In this document: positions 48,945 to 60,690 of the stretch, piece by piece | How the letters are laid out: the number at the start of each line of letters is the position of its first letter | Numbering within the stretch: the first letter of the stretch is position 1 | Assembly (NCBI RefSeq): GCF_018977255.1 | Contig: NW_024704746.1 | Span: forward strand, 52,204,001 to 52,268,000 | Direction: 5' to 3' | Source: Callorhinchus milii | Lineage: Eukaryota | Length of the DNA: 64,000 nucleotides | The notes under the pieces: model-generated | What the model was told of the DNA's origin: nothing | Seen by the model: the letters and a program-made list of their open reading frames with translations, nothing else | Databases searched by the model: none | Program-made: the position numbers and the translations under genes

Positions 48945-51020
48945 CAGTCTCTGTGTGTGTGTGGAGTCAGTCTCTGTGTTGGGGGGTCAGTCTCTGTGTG
49001 TGTGTGGAGTCAGTCTCTGTGTTGGGGGTCAGTCTCTGTGTGTGTGTGGGGTCAGTCTCTGTGTTGGGGGGTCAGTCTCTGTGTGTGTGTGTGTGTGGAG
49101 TCAGTCTCTGTGTTGGGGGTCAGTCTCTGTGTGTGTGTGGAGTCAGTCTCTGTGTTGGGGGTCAGTCTCTGTGTGTGTGTGTGTGTGTGTGTGGAGTCAG
49201 TCTCTGTGTTGGGGGTCAGTCTCTGTGTGTGTGTGTGTGTAGTCAGTCTCTGTGTTGGGGGTCAGTCTCTGTGTGTGTGTGTGGAGTCAGTCTCTGTGTT
49301 GGGGGTCAGTCTCTGTGTGTGTGTGTGTGGAGTCAGTCTCTGTGTTGGGGGTCAGTCTCTGTGTGTGTGTGGAGTCAGTCTCTGTGTTGGGGGTCAGTCT
49401 CTCTGTGTGTGTGGAGTCAGTCTCTGTGTTGGGGGTCAGTCTGTGTGTGTGTGTGTGTGTGTGGAGTCAGTCTCTGTGTTGGGGGGTCAGTCTCTGTGTT
49501 GGGGGTCAGTCTATGTGTGTGTGTGTGGAGTCAGTCTCTGTGTTGGGGGTCAGTCTCTGTGTGTGTGTGTGTGTGTGTGGAGTCAGTCTCTGTGTTGGGG
49601 GGTCAGTCTCTGTGTTGGGGGTCAGTCTCTGTGTGTGTGTGTGTGTGTGGAGTCAGTCTCTGTGTTGGGGGTCAGTCTCTGTGTGTGTGTGTGTAGTCAG
49701 TCTCTGTGTTGGGGGTCAGTCTCTGTGTGTGTGTGGAGTCAGTCTCTGTGTTGGGGGTCAGTCTCTGTGTGTGTGTGGAGTCAGTCTCTGTGTTGGGGGT
49801 CAGTCTGTGTGTGTGTGTGTGTGTGTGTGGAGTCAGTCTCTGTGTTGGGGGTCAGTCTCTGTGTTGGGGGTCAGTCTCTGTGTGTGTGTGTGGAGTCAGT
49901 CTCTCTGTGTGTGTGTGTGTGTGTGTGGAGTCAGTCTCTGTGTTGGGGGTCAGTCTCTGTGTGTGTGTGTGTGTGTGGAGTCAGTCTCTGTGTTGGGGGG
50001 TCAGTCTCTGTGTGTGTGTGTGGGGTCAGTCTCTGTGTTGGGGGTCAGTCTCTGTGTGTGTGTGTGGAGTCAGTCTCTGTGTTGGGGGGGTCAGTCTCTG
50101 TGTGTGTGTGGAGTCAGTCTCTGTGTTGGGGGTCAGTCTGTGTGTGTGTGTGGAGTCAGTCTCTGTGTTGGGGGTCAGTCTCTGTGTCTGTGTGTGTGTG
50201 TGTGTGTGGAGTCAGTCTCTGTGTTGGGGGTCAGTCTCTGTGTGTGTGTGTGTGTGTGTGGAGTCAGTCTCTGTGTGTGTGTGTGTGGAGTCAGTCTCTG
50301 TGTTGGGGGTCTGTCTGTGTGTGTGTGTGTGGAGTCAGTCTCTGTGTTGGGGGTCAGTCTCTCTGTGTGTGTGTGTGTGTGGAGTCAGTCTCTGTGTTGG
50401 GGGTCAGTCTGTGTGTGTGTGGAGTCAGTCTCTGTGTGTGTGTGTGGAGTCAGTCTCTGTGTGTGTGTGTGTGTGTGTGGAGTCAGTCTNNNNNNNNNNN
50501 NNNNNNNNNNNNNNNNNNNNNNNNNNNNNNNNNNNNNNNNNNNNNNNNNNNNNNNNNNNNNNNNNNNNNNNNNNNNNNNNNNNNNNNNNNNNNNNNNNNN
50601 NNNNNNNNNNNNNNNNNNGGGTCAGTCTCTGTGTGTGTGTGTGGAGTCAGTCTCTGTGTGTGTGTGTGTGTGTGTGGAGTCAGTCTCTGTGTGTGTGTGT
50701 GTGTGGAGTCAGTCTCTGTGTGTGTGTGTGTGTGTGTGTGGAGTCAGTCTCTGTGTTGGGGGTCAGTCTCTGTGTGTGTGTGTGGAGTCAGTCTCTGTGT
50801 GTGTGTGTGTGTGTGTGGAGTCAGTCTCTGTGTGTGTGTGTGTGTGTGGAGTCAGTCTNNNNNNNNNNNNNNNNNNNNNNNNNNNNNNNNNNNNNNNNNN
50901 NNNNNNNNNNNNNNNNNNNNNNNNNNNNNNNNNNNNNNNNNNNNNNNNNNNNNNNNNNNNNNNNNNNNNNNNNNNNNNNNNNNNNNNNNNNNNNNNNNNN
51001 NNNNNGTTGGGGGTCAGTCG
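48905..51020. repeat. Compound minisatellite GGAGTCAGTCTCTGTGTTGGGGGTCAGTCTCT(GT)n with assembly gaps at 50490-50618 and 50859-51005
   Basis: Direct inspection; the long ORFs here are artefacts. Confidence 0.95.
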
Positions 51021-51024
51021 GTTC

Positions 51025-51215
51025 CCAGATGTTTTTGAATTTCCAGCGTTCTGTCTGAATCCACCAATAGAGTGACACGCGATGCGCCACGTGGGGCTCG
51101 AGCTCCAATGGGCGCGATTGGAACGCCAACCGCGAGCACACGCTGGAACTCGTTGAGGACCAATAAGATTAGCGGAGCCACAGCGACACTGACACACAAC
51201 CCGGAAATAAAATGA
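51025..51215. promoter_or_regulatory. Putative FOXM1/RHNO1 bidirectional cell-cycle promoter core
   Basis: CpG-rich; CHR TTTGAA 51034-51039; CCAAT at 51064, 51105 and 51160; ATTGG at 51117; E-box CACGTG 51088-51093; ETS-like CCGGAA at 51201; located between the divergent genes. Confidence 0.75.
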
Positions 51216-51234
51216 GTTCTACCCACCAGCTGCA

Positions 51235-51630
51235 CAGTCACACACACAGACACACACACAGACAGATAGACACACACACAGATAGACAGACAGACAGACA
51301 GACAGATTGAGAGAGAGACACACAAACAGTCAGAGACATAGATTGTGAGTCACAGAGAGACACACACGCGTAGACACACACAGTGTGTGAGGGAGTCTCA
51401 TACAGACACAGAGACTGTGAGATTAACACATACAGTTAGAAAGTCGGTGTGTGAGAATCGACATACACACACACACATAGAAACAGACATATGGAGAGAG
51501 AAAGAAAAATAGATAACACAAAAACGTAGAGAGAGCAACACACACAAACAGAGTGAGTGATAGATACACAGTGAGAGACAGACACACACAAACACAACGC
51601 ACAATCAGAGGGAGACATGCACACAGAGCC
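51235..51630. repeat. (CA)/(GA)-rich low-complexity tract
   Basis: ACAC/AGAC/AGAG runs. Confidence 0.85.
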
Positions 51631-52404
51631 TGAGAGAAACAGCCATAGGTCAGGATTTAAGTTGAACTGACCACCAATTTGGGACAGAAACACAGTAAAG
51701 ATTAACTGTCTGGATTAAGGCAGAAACTGGTACAGAGAGGGAGAGAAGACCAGAATGAGTTCTCGTATGAGATAAAGACAGCCTAAGACTTTGACACGTT
51801 GAATACAAAGCGAAAATCTGGACTAAATCTTGGATTCAGACAGAGTCTGAGACACAGGTTGAGAGGGAAACAGGCTGGATACAGCCATAAAAGTGAAAGA
51901 GACAGGATCACAGCCTGAATCAGAGATATGGCCTGGGGAAGAGCTGGGACACAGGTAATGTTCCATATATAATTATTATATTGTTATGGGTATGTTTCGC
52001 TGACTGTTAATAAACATATAGGTGTCTGATGGGAGAAAAAGAAGCAAACATGATTTTCCTGTCATACGGAGTACTTGATATAACTGGTTATTGTGAGGCG
52101 GTCCAATGCTGGACCAAACACCGTGTAGTGATGAGGATGGTCCAGCAGGTTACAGTGAGTACACATGGAACATTGACATAGTTGTACTGGAGCAGGGCAG
52201 GAATACAACGGGTGGAGGATCCTTTTTGGTTATGACTAAGAGATGGCAGGTGTCTGAAATATGTCTGATTACTGATTAATGTTTTTGTCAGCTTGGTTGT
52301 CTGACATGCAGAAACCCAATGTGCACTATGCCTCTTTGAAAAGGCACGATGGGCCGAATGGCCTCCTCCTGCGCTGTAGGATTCTATGATTCCATGATAT
52401 ATGT

Positions 52405-55242
52405 CAGCGTGGTCCAACCTTGCCCGGTGGGTGGCTCGGTAACCATTTTGGACTTCACAGTTTGATCTCCCTGCTGCACCTCTCTCCTGGTTAGTCTGTG
52501 TCCTGCGGCAGCATGAGGCTGCGCAGAGAGTGACAGGAAGAGGGGTGGAGCGGGAGGACTCCAGCTACGCCGCCCCCCCCTCCTTTCTCCGCACTACTCG
52601 TACCTTGTGTAACCTGTGGACATACGGGAAGAATCTAGGCCCAGCAGGAATATGAGTCTCATTAGGAAATGGAAGATAGAAGTGGAAAATAGAGGATTTC
52701 AGTGTAAGTGGGAAATTGATTAGTTGGTTATTGAAAATAATGGGAAACCTTAGTTGCTTGCTTGAAAGTAACATCTGTGTGGAAGGAGTTCAACATCAGA
52801 AGGTGCTATAACATACAACACAAGACAAAATGCAACAAATATTCTGGTTTGTGCATTTGGTGATGGAAAAATGGCCAATAATTTTGAAAGTGTAGCACTG
52901 TCTCCCCAAACTGTGGCAAGGAGAATAAGTGACATCCACGAACACGTGAATACAAAGCTCAGGACAATCGTTGAAAAATCTGAATACTTCTCATTAGTTC
53001 GAGACGAGAGGACTGACGTTACTGATTTCAGTCAGCTATTAATTTTCATCGGAACTATTGATGAAAATGTTGTTGTTCATGAAGAATACTTGAGCTAATT
53101 TCCTCCAAAAACTGCTTTAAAAAAAAGGGGTTAGTTATTTACAAGGTTCTTACTTCAACTGTCAGTAAATATGGTGGATTTCAGAAGTGTTCCTGCATTG
53201 TGACGGATGGTGCAAAATCAATGACCGTCTGTAAAAATGGTTTAATAATAATAATCCTTGCATTTGATATAGCACCTTATCACGTCTTCGAGACGTCTCA
53301 AAGCAGTTCACAGAATATACTGTAAAGTAAATTGACTGTATATGTTGTGGGCGAAACATGGCAGCCAATTGTGCACAGCGCAGGTTTGTTGAAACAAAAT
53401 GGAATTGAGTGTACTATCACTGCATCATACACTAGGAGTCCCTTTGCGGAAAACCAGTGAAAATGAATAATACTATGAGCAGTGTCATCAAAGTAATCAT
53501 TATTATCCACAGAGGAATTCAAGCACAGAGTCACAGAACGTTCATAAACTCCCTTGAAAAATGAGATGCAGAATATTGTGATTTACCTCTTTATTCAGAA
53601 GTGCGTTGGCTGAGTGGGTGCAACTGCCTCGTGCAGTTTTTTTCACTCAGGTAGGAGGTACTTAATTTCTCATGGAACATTTAAAGAGCAACCCCGCACA
53701 GTTTGAAGAGGAATTAGAATATCCAACTTACCTATGTTCATTGGCTTTCTTAAAAGACATAACAAGCCATCTCAACATCCTCAATTTTCAACTACAAGGT
53801 AGAACTCAGAATATTTCTCACCTTATGTGAGATGTTGATGGGTTCTGCATAAAGCTACAAATGTTGAACTCATCCCTCTCGCAGAACAATCTTACTCATT
53901 TTCCATCATCATGGAACTTGCAACTGAACTTGATGATGCTGATTTTCACAGCTTTTTGGAAATCATAACAGAGCTATTGGATGAGTTCAGTGCCAGATTT
54001 GCTGATAATGAGGGTCTGAGGTCCAGACTTCAACAATCTGATGGAGGTGTTGATTGGGCAGCAACCAAAAGATCTTCAGATGGAGATGTGTGAACTGCAG
54101 GGTGACCCTTTATTCCTCTCAAGTAAGAATGAGATTCATGAAAATTTCTGGAAAATTATTCCTAAGGATTGTTTTCCTAAATAAAATGACTTTGCACTGA
54201 AGATGTGTTCTATTTTTGCAACCACATACATTTGTGAAAGCATGTTTTCTACAACTTGTTAAGTCCAGACATCGTAACAGGCTTAATAGCAATACCTTTG
54301 GGTGCTGTCTCCGACTTGCCATGACTAAATTTGAAGGAGACACTGGAGCTCTGGTTCAAGAGAAACATTTTCCTCAGGAGAGGCTAGAGAAGCTAGGATT
54401 ATTCTCCTTGGAGCAGAGAAGGTTAAGAGGAGACTTAATCGAAGTTTTCAAAATTATGAGGGGATTGTGAACAAGAAAAACTATTTCCACTAGCGGGTGG
54501 GTTGGTAGTCCGAGGACACCAATTTAAAATGGTTGTTGAAAGAAACAGGGGAGGTGAGGAGAAATGTTTTCACACAGCGAGTTGTTCGGATTTGGAATAC
54601 ATTGCCTGAAAGGGTGGTCGAAACCGATTTGATAACGACTTTTAAGAGAGAAGTAGATAATTATTTGGGGGGTACAAGTTTGCAGGGCTATGGAGAGAGC
54701 GCGGGGAAGTGGGATTGATTTGAATACCTCTTTTCAAAGAGCCGGCACAGACATGATGGGCCAAATGGCATTCTTCTGTGCTGTATAATTCTATGATTCT
54801 ATGATTGTTCCCACTAAGATATTTAGTGGTCTTCTAAGTGTCAAGAAAATGTATGTTAAGTAAAATAATTAGATTATATGTAGATTTAGAGTGGATTGTA
54901 TGATAATTGTTGTATATTAATATTATTTTGAATTATATAATCAAAATAATCTTTATTCAAAAGTTTCTTTATTGTGTTCCTTTCTTAGTTTTACAATTGT
55001 GGATTAATCTGTTTGGGTTTTGTTGAGTATTCTTTGCTGGGGTCTCCACGTGTTGAGTTGATATATTGTGTTTTGACTTTTTAATACATTAAAAAAAATT
55101 GTGAAACAATTTAAAACATAGGATTTCTATATGATTCTTTGTGCTTCTGGAAGGGAAAAATAAAAATATATCTTATGCAGTCTGCAGACATCTCACACAT
55201 GTGAAATCTGGCCCTCGACACCAAAAAGGTTGGACCACCCTA
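52405..55242 (+). mobile_element. Decayed hAT DNA transposon (Buster/Charlie/SPIN-like, GTF2IRD2-type transposase)
   Basis: TIRs CAGCGTGGTCCAACCTT / AAGGTTGGACCACCCTA (15/17 match); flanks ATATATGT / ATATAAGA as a degenerate 8-bp TSD; remnants LSPQTVARRISDI, FSLVRDERTDVTDFSQLLIF, VTDGAKSM, HCIIH and EVRWLS. Confidence 0.85.
54375..54805 (+). mobile_element. CR1 LINE 3' end nested in the hAT element
   Basis: ERLEKLGLFSLEQRRLRGDLIEVFKI and FTQRVVRIWNTLP, with an (ATTCTATG)n tail. Confidence 0.88.
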
Positions 55243-56082
55243 ATATAAGAATGTGCACTCTCTCCTTGGAGAGACGCACCCTGATTCTTATTCCAGAAAG
55301 TATTATGGTACAATATACATTTATATAGCTTTTGCTGTCTGGAAAAGGAGGCAAAGCACATTCACGGTGCTGGTTGACACCAATCACTCAGAACAGTGGC
55401 TTCATGCTATCGATCAGATGTTGTATCAAAACATACAACAAAGGACCGTTGATATGGGGTGCAATTTTAGAAGATACAGTTAGAAACAGGCAGCCTACAA
55501 TGTTTATGTTGTGTTCAAAGTGCACCTTTTCCACTTTTCCTTCTGGCTATTTGCACAATGGCATTCTTGTTTTGATTGGTGGACACCACAACTGAGTCTG
55601 ATACTGCCCTCTCCAGACATTATTGAAAAACAGAAGGGATTTTCTCCTGGTGTCCCGACCGGATAAAATTATCCACGTCATGGCTATTGGTGGGACATTT
55701 CTGTGCACAAATGGGCTGCCACATCTGGCTGTAAAATGTAGTCACTAAACTTTACATTAAATCATGAGAAGTACATTGAGACATCCTCTCACCATGAAAA
55801 TCACCATATCAAATGCAAGGATTATTATTATCATCCCTATGTACACCTTTCACAAGGATAGGAATTGGAAGCGGGGAAGCCATCTGTTTTTTTTCACCCT
55901 CTTTAGACCCAACGATACTGATTCCAAATGTCATGCTCTATCGCTTGCTTGGGTGAAATCAGCTAACTTGAATCTGGGACTTTCCTGGTTATATTAACAT
56001 TTGGTGAAGTTCCTATAGTTACTTACTATTGATTGTAAACATGGTGTTCTCTCTCTCCCAAGGTCGAGATGCCAGATGACTG

Positions 56083-56250
56083 ATGCCCCGAAAAAAGCCA
56101 CCAAGCCATGGCAGGAAGGACCCTTTGTTGTTTTTGGAGTCTCCAGTGAAGGGACGGGAGTGTCTGACAGTGCCCCCATTGCCGTGTGCGGTAAACCCAC
56201 AGCAAGTCCCCAGTGTGCCCATCAAGCAGAGTTCTTCGTTTTTAACCTGG
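56083..56250 (+). CDS. RHNO1: RAD9-HUS1-RAD1 interacting nuclear orphan 1, first coding exon
   Basis: MPRKKPPSHGRKDPLLFLESPVKG...VPSVPIKQSSSFLTW, 168 nt; acceptor CCCAAG|G at 56063 and donor TGG|GTAGGT. Confidence 0.9.
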
Positions 56251-56539
56251 GTAGGTTACGTTCTGTGTTATGCAGCTGTGAGGCGTCAGCCTGGCTCAAT
56301 TCATAAAGCTACTCCCCCTGAGTCAGAAGGTTCAAACTTCACATCGAGAATTTGAACTTTCAGATCTGACATGATCAGGTGGGGGAGCGCTGCATTCTCA
56401 AAAGGGCCCTCCTTTGGATGAGATTTTAAACCGAGGTTCAGTCTGCCTGTTCAAGTGGGCGTTAAAGATCCCACAGGCCAATTTGAAAAAAGAAGGGAGT
56501 TTCTCTAGGTGGCAGGGCCACCAGTTCCTCAGATAAATT

Positions 56540-56840
56540 GGTCTACTCCAGATCTCCCACCCGACCCTCCCTACCATCGGCGGCCGGGCTTTTGGCCTCT
56601 CTGCTCCCCATCTGTGGAACTCCATCCCACAATCCCTTCGCCTTGCTCCCTCTCTTGCCTCCTTCAAGGCACGTCTCAAGTCCCTCCTTTTTGCCCGTGC
56701 CTTCAGCTGCCCTCCTACCCCCTCTGCCCTCCCTCATCCCAACCTTTCCCCCCACACTCGGGTCCTGATCCTTGACTGTTCAGCGCCTTGGGTAGTCCTC
56801 CCGACATGAAACACGCTTTACAAATGTAATTTTGTAGTTG
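56540..56840 (+). mobile_element. L2 LINE 3' end
   Basis: PTRPSLPSAAG/WNSIPQS-type remnant and the L2 tail. Confidence 0.8.
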
Positions 56841-57084
56841 TCACTCTCTCCAAGGCCATTTGTGGAATATTATTGTGTGCAAATTGGCTCCACGTTTACT
56901 TGCAAAATAGCAGTCACTGGGCATTACAGAAAATCCTGTGATGCGCTTTGAGACTCCACTTGACATGATAGGTGCTATGTCAAATGCAAGGATTGTTATA
57001 TTTATTATTTCACTGGTGAGCATGTGCGGCCCTTAGATTAGAGTGTTGATAACATTTGCTTGGCTGCCTCCTCCTCCTCCCCTC

Positions 57085-58055
57085 TAGTGGATTGCTGCAA
57101 GGATCAGTGCTTGGGCCTCAACTGTTTACAGTCTACATCAATGACTTAGATGAGGAAATAGAGCTGAATGTATCTAAATTCGCTGATGATACAAAACTAG
57201 GTGGGAAAGTCAGCTGTGAGGAGGACACAAGGAGGATGCAAAGGGATATAGATAGGTTAAATGAGTGGGCAAGAAGGTGGCAGGTGGAGTATAATGTGGG
57301 GAAGTGTGAAGTTATTCACCTAGGTAGAGGGGGAAACACTAGATAGTGTTAGTATTCAGAGGGATTTAGGTGTCCTTGTACACCAATCACAGAAAGTTAG
57401 TATGCAGATACAGCAAGCAATTAGGAAGGCTAATAGCATGTTAGCGTTACTTGCAAAGGGGTTAGAGTACAAGAGTAGGGAAGGCTTGCTGCAATTGTAT
57501 AGGGCCTTGGTGAGACCGTACCTGGAATATTGTGTGCTGTTTTGGTCTCCTTATCTAAGAAAGGATATACTTGCCTTAGAGGGGCTACAACGTAGGTTCA
57601 CTAGGTTGGTTCCTGGGATGAGGGGGTTGACCTACGGGGAGAGGTTGAGTAGACTAGGCCTATATTCTCTAGAATATAGAAGAATTAGAAACCTATAAGA
57701 TTCTTAAGGGTCTTGACAGGGTAGATATTGTGAGACTGTATTGCTTGTTGGAGAATCTAAAACTAGGGGTCAAAGTCTCAGGATTAAAGGTTAGCCTTTT
57801 AGAATTGAGTTGAGAAAATATTTCTTCACTCAGATGGTAGTGAATTTATGAAATTCTCTACCCCAGTAGGCTGTGGATTCTCAGTCATTGAACATATTCA
57901 AGACTGAGATCGATAGATTTTTTAAAAAAAAACTAAAGGGATTAAGGGATATGGGAATAGGGCAGGTAAATGGAATTTGGTTAGAAGATCAGCCATGGGG
58001 CAGGCTCGAGGGGCCGAATGGCCTACTCCTGCTCCTATTTCTTATGTTCTTATGT
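57085..58055 (+). mobile_element. CR1 LINE 3' fragment
   Basis: QGSVLGPQLFTVYINDL, FADD and LVRPYLEYCVLFWSPY, with a CR1 3' UTR. Confidence 0.9.
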
Positions 58056-58059
58056 TCTC

Positions 58060-59725
58060 ACATGTCACCTACCACTCTCCCCATGACTCCTTCATCACCC
58101 TCTCCACCTACCATGGCTCCTACCACCACCCCCACCCTACACTCCTTTGCTCCCATCTCTCCCTCCTCCCTTTCCTCCACCATAATAATAGTAATCTTTG
58201 CATTTGATATAGCGCCTTATAAGTCTTCAAGACATCTCAAAGCGATTCACAGAATATATTGTAAAGTGAATTGGCTGTATATTGAATGTACCATAATCCA
58301 GATGAAGCCCATCAACTGTTGTTTCAACCCCCTCCCCACCCAGCTTCTGGTCACTCAAATCCCCCTCCTCTGACCACTACTGACTGACACAATCAAACAG
58401 TCCCTCTCCTCAGCTCTGACCTATTCCCCAAAAAAACTCTTCTTAAAAAAAAAACCTACCCTTAATGGAACTACCCTCCAAACTCACAAACTTCAGACCC
58501 ATCTCAAACCTGCTCATCCTGGCCAAAGTTTGGGAATGAGTCATTGCAAATAAACTTGGCTCACACCTCTCCCTCCAGTCTACTTGAACCCCTCCTCGTT
58601 CTCCTGAACCTCTCTGCCGTGTTTGACAGAGTCAGTCATGCCATCCTGCTCCACTGCCTTTCCTGCCTCATCCACCTTAGTGGGACTGTACTCCCATGGT
58701 TCGAGTCCGACTTAACAAACCGCCAACAATACATCTCGGCAAATTATTTTTCCACCCTGCCCTGCCCAGTCACCTGCGGGATACCCCAAGGCTCTATCCT
58801 TGGCTCTCTTCTTTTCCTTATCCAGATGCTCCTTCTCGGTGATGTCATCCGCAGACATTGGGTCAATTTCCACATATATGTGGATGATACCCAAATCTAC
58901 TTCTCCCCGAGCCCCAACTCCCAGTCTGCTGATGTCCTGTCAACTATTTTGACAGACATCAAGGGATGGGTGAACGCAAATTTCCTCCAATTGAATGTTG
59001 GCAAGACGGAATCCACACTCTTTGGCTACAGTCAAATTCTTGTTTCCTGCGGGTCTCAACTCCACAACCTCCCCAGGCTCTCCCTCAGACAGCGAACCTG
59101 TGTGCAACTTAGGCATCAGATACAATCCCCAGCTTTCTCTTCTACCTTGCATCCGTTCCCTTACCAGGACAGCTTCTTTCCACCTCCGTCACATTGCCTG
59201 CCTCTGTCCGTACCTCACCACCCAAGCAGCGAAAACCCCATCCGTGCCTTCGTCATCTCCCGGTTGGACTATTCCAATGCTCAGATACTCATCTGCACAG
59301 AACTCCGTACCCCCATTGCACCAGTCCTTTCCAGGCTCCACTGCTCCCAATTACCAAACAGATTGATTTCAAGATCCCCTCACTCGTTTTCAAATCCTTT
59401 CATGCCCCCACACCTCCCTACCTATTCGAACTGCTTACCCCCATTCTACCACCTGTTGCCTCCACTCAGCTGGCTCCGGCCTCCTGTTTGCCCCTAGTCC
59501 CCTCCACTCCACCATTGGTGACCATGCCTTCAGCCACTATTTCCTGAAACTCTGGAACTCTCTCCCTCAATCCCTCCGCCTTTCAAATCGCGCCTAAAGA
59601 CCTTCCTTTTTGATCATGCTTACTTACGGTCACCTCCCTCTCCCCTGGCTTGATATCAGACTCCACCACTGTCAAGTGCTCTGGGAAGCTGGAAAGGAGC
59701 ATATAAACGCAAGTTGTGTTGTTGT
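58060..59725 (+). mobile_element. Old decayed L2 LINE with a nested SINE tail (~58183-58285)
   Basis: LNLSAVFDRVSH, GIPQGSILG, YVDDTQIY and NFLQLNVGKTE; related to the copy at 2310-4370. Confidence 0.8.
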
Positions 59726-59832
59726 GGATATTGATGTACGCAATTGGCTGCCGCGTTTCGCCCACAAAATATACAGTCAATCCATTCCCGGTTTGCAGAT
59801 TTGTGTAATCTGACATATGCTACGTTTACAAG

Positions 59833-60690
59833 GTGACGCCCCAGTTCGAGGTAGGACACGCTCCAAATGGAGGGGCAATGGGAAGACACCAGAAGCGTAC
59901 TGACAAGGCCCTGCTGAAACACAGGAAGTGTGAAAGGAAGCTGAGCTCAGCCTCAAAACTGAAGAAACTGAAAAAGCCGCATCTTGCGTTTGTTCCCTTG
60001 ACCTTCAATAGTTGGGTGTCAAAGTCCCACCTTCAGAAGCAGGCGCAGACTCCTTCTTCAACTAGGCCGGAGTTAAAAAGATCTTTTCTGGAAGGCAACC
60101 TTCAAGGATGTGGAGTTGAGTCTTCCTGTGAGAGAGTTCAGAGATCAGAGATGCTGTGCCAGAAATTCAAGGGTATCCCAGTTGGTGAAGGTAATGTCAT
60201 TAAGACTGTCGAGCACAATCCATTCCATACTGTTGGAAACAATTCCAATGTCAGCCCATTATGTCATCCCAGGTGTCAAAATGGCTCCACTGGGAACAAA
60301 GCACCACTGGTGGATCACTTGATTTGCTCGTCAGAGGACTCCTTCACTCTACCACACGTGAATACACCCGTAATTGCCTCCTTACTGTCCCCTGGCAACC
60401 AGAGAGTAAATCTCGATGGAGGGACAAGAGAAGGACTTGATGGCCCTGATGGTCAACCAGGAGCTTGGGACCATTGGAACAGGAAGTTTGATCTGAGGGG
60501 CGGCTTTGCTGGGTGCACGGATCCCCAGTCTGTGCAGGTGCTGGTACCGGACACTCCCGAGAAGCAGTATGGACTCAAAGTGACCTGGCGACAGCGGCCG
60601 CACATCATGCAGTTTCTGCAAGAACAAGGAAAACTGTCAGAAGAAGACGTGCTGATCAGTGTTCGAATGGGACCCCTCGCTCGCACATGA
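59833..60690 (+). CDS. RHNO1: RHNO1 last coding exon
   Basis: Acceptor TTTACAAG|GTG; the join recreates the (S/T)WV(S/T)PxF 9-1-1-binding motif (TW|VTPQF); C-terminal VLVPDTPEKQYGLKVTWRQRPHIMQFLQEQGKLS. Total 341 aa. AATAAA at 61654 and 61712. Confidence 0.93.
   Translation: MTPQFEVGHAPNGGAMGRHQKRTDKALLKHRKCERKLSSASKLKKLKKPHLAFVPLTFNSWVSKSHLQKQAQTPSSTRPELKRSFLEGNLQGCGVESSCERVQRSEMLCQKFKGIPVGEGNVIKTVEHNPFHTVGNNSNVSPLCHPRCQNGSTGNKAPLVDHLICSSEDSFTLPHVNTPVIASLLSPGNQRVNLDGGTREGLDGPDGQPGAWDHWNRKFDLRGGFAGCTDPQSVQVLVPDTPEKQYGLKVTWRQRPHIMQFLQEQGKLSEEDVLISVRMGPLART

Noticed and set aside
48915-51075. Long ORFs (707, 607 and 450 aa)
   Set aside because: Translations of a stop-free minisatellite that run through N gaps; no coding evidence.
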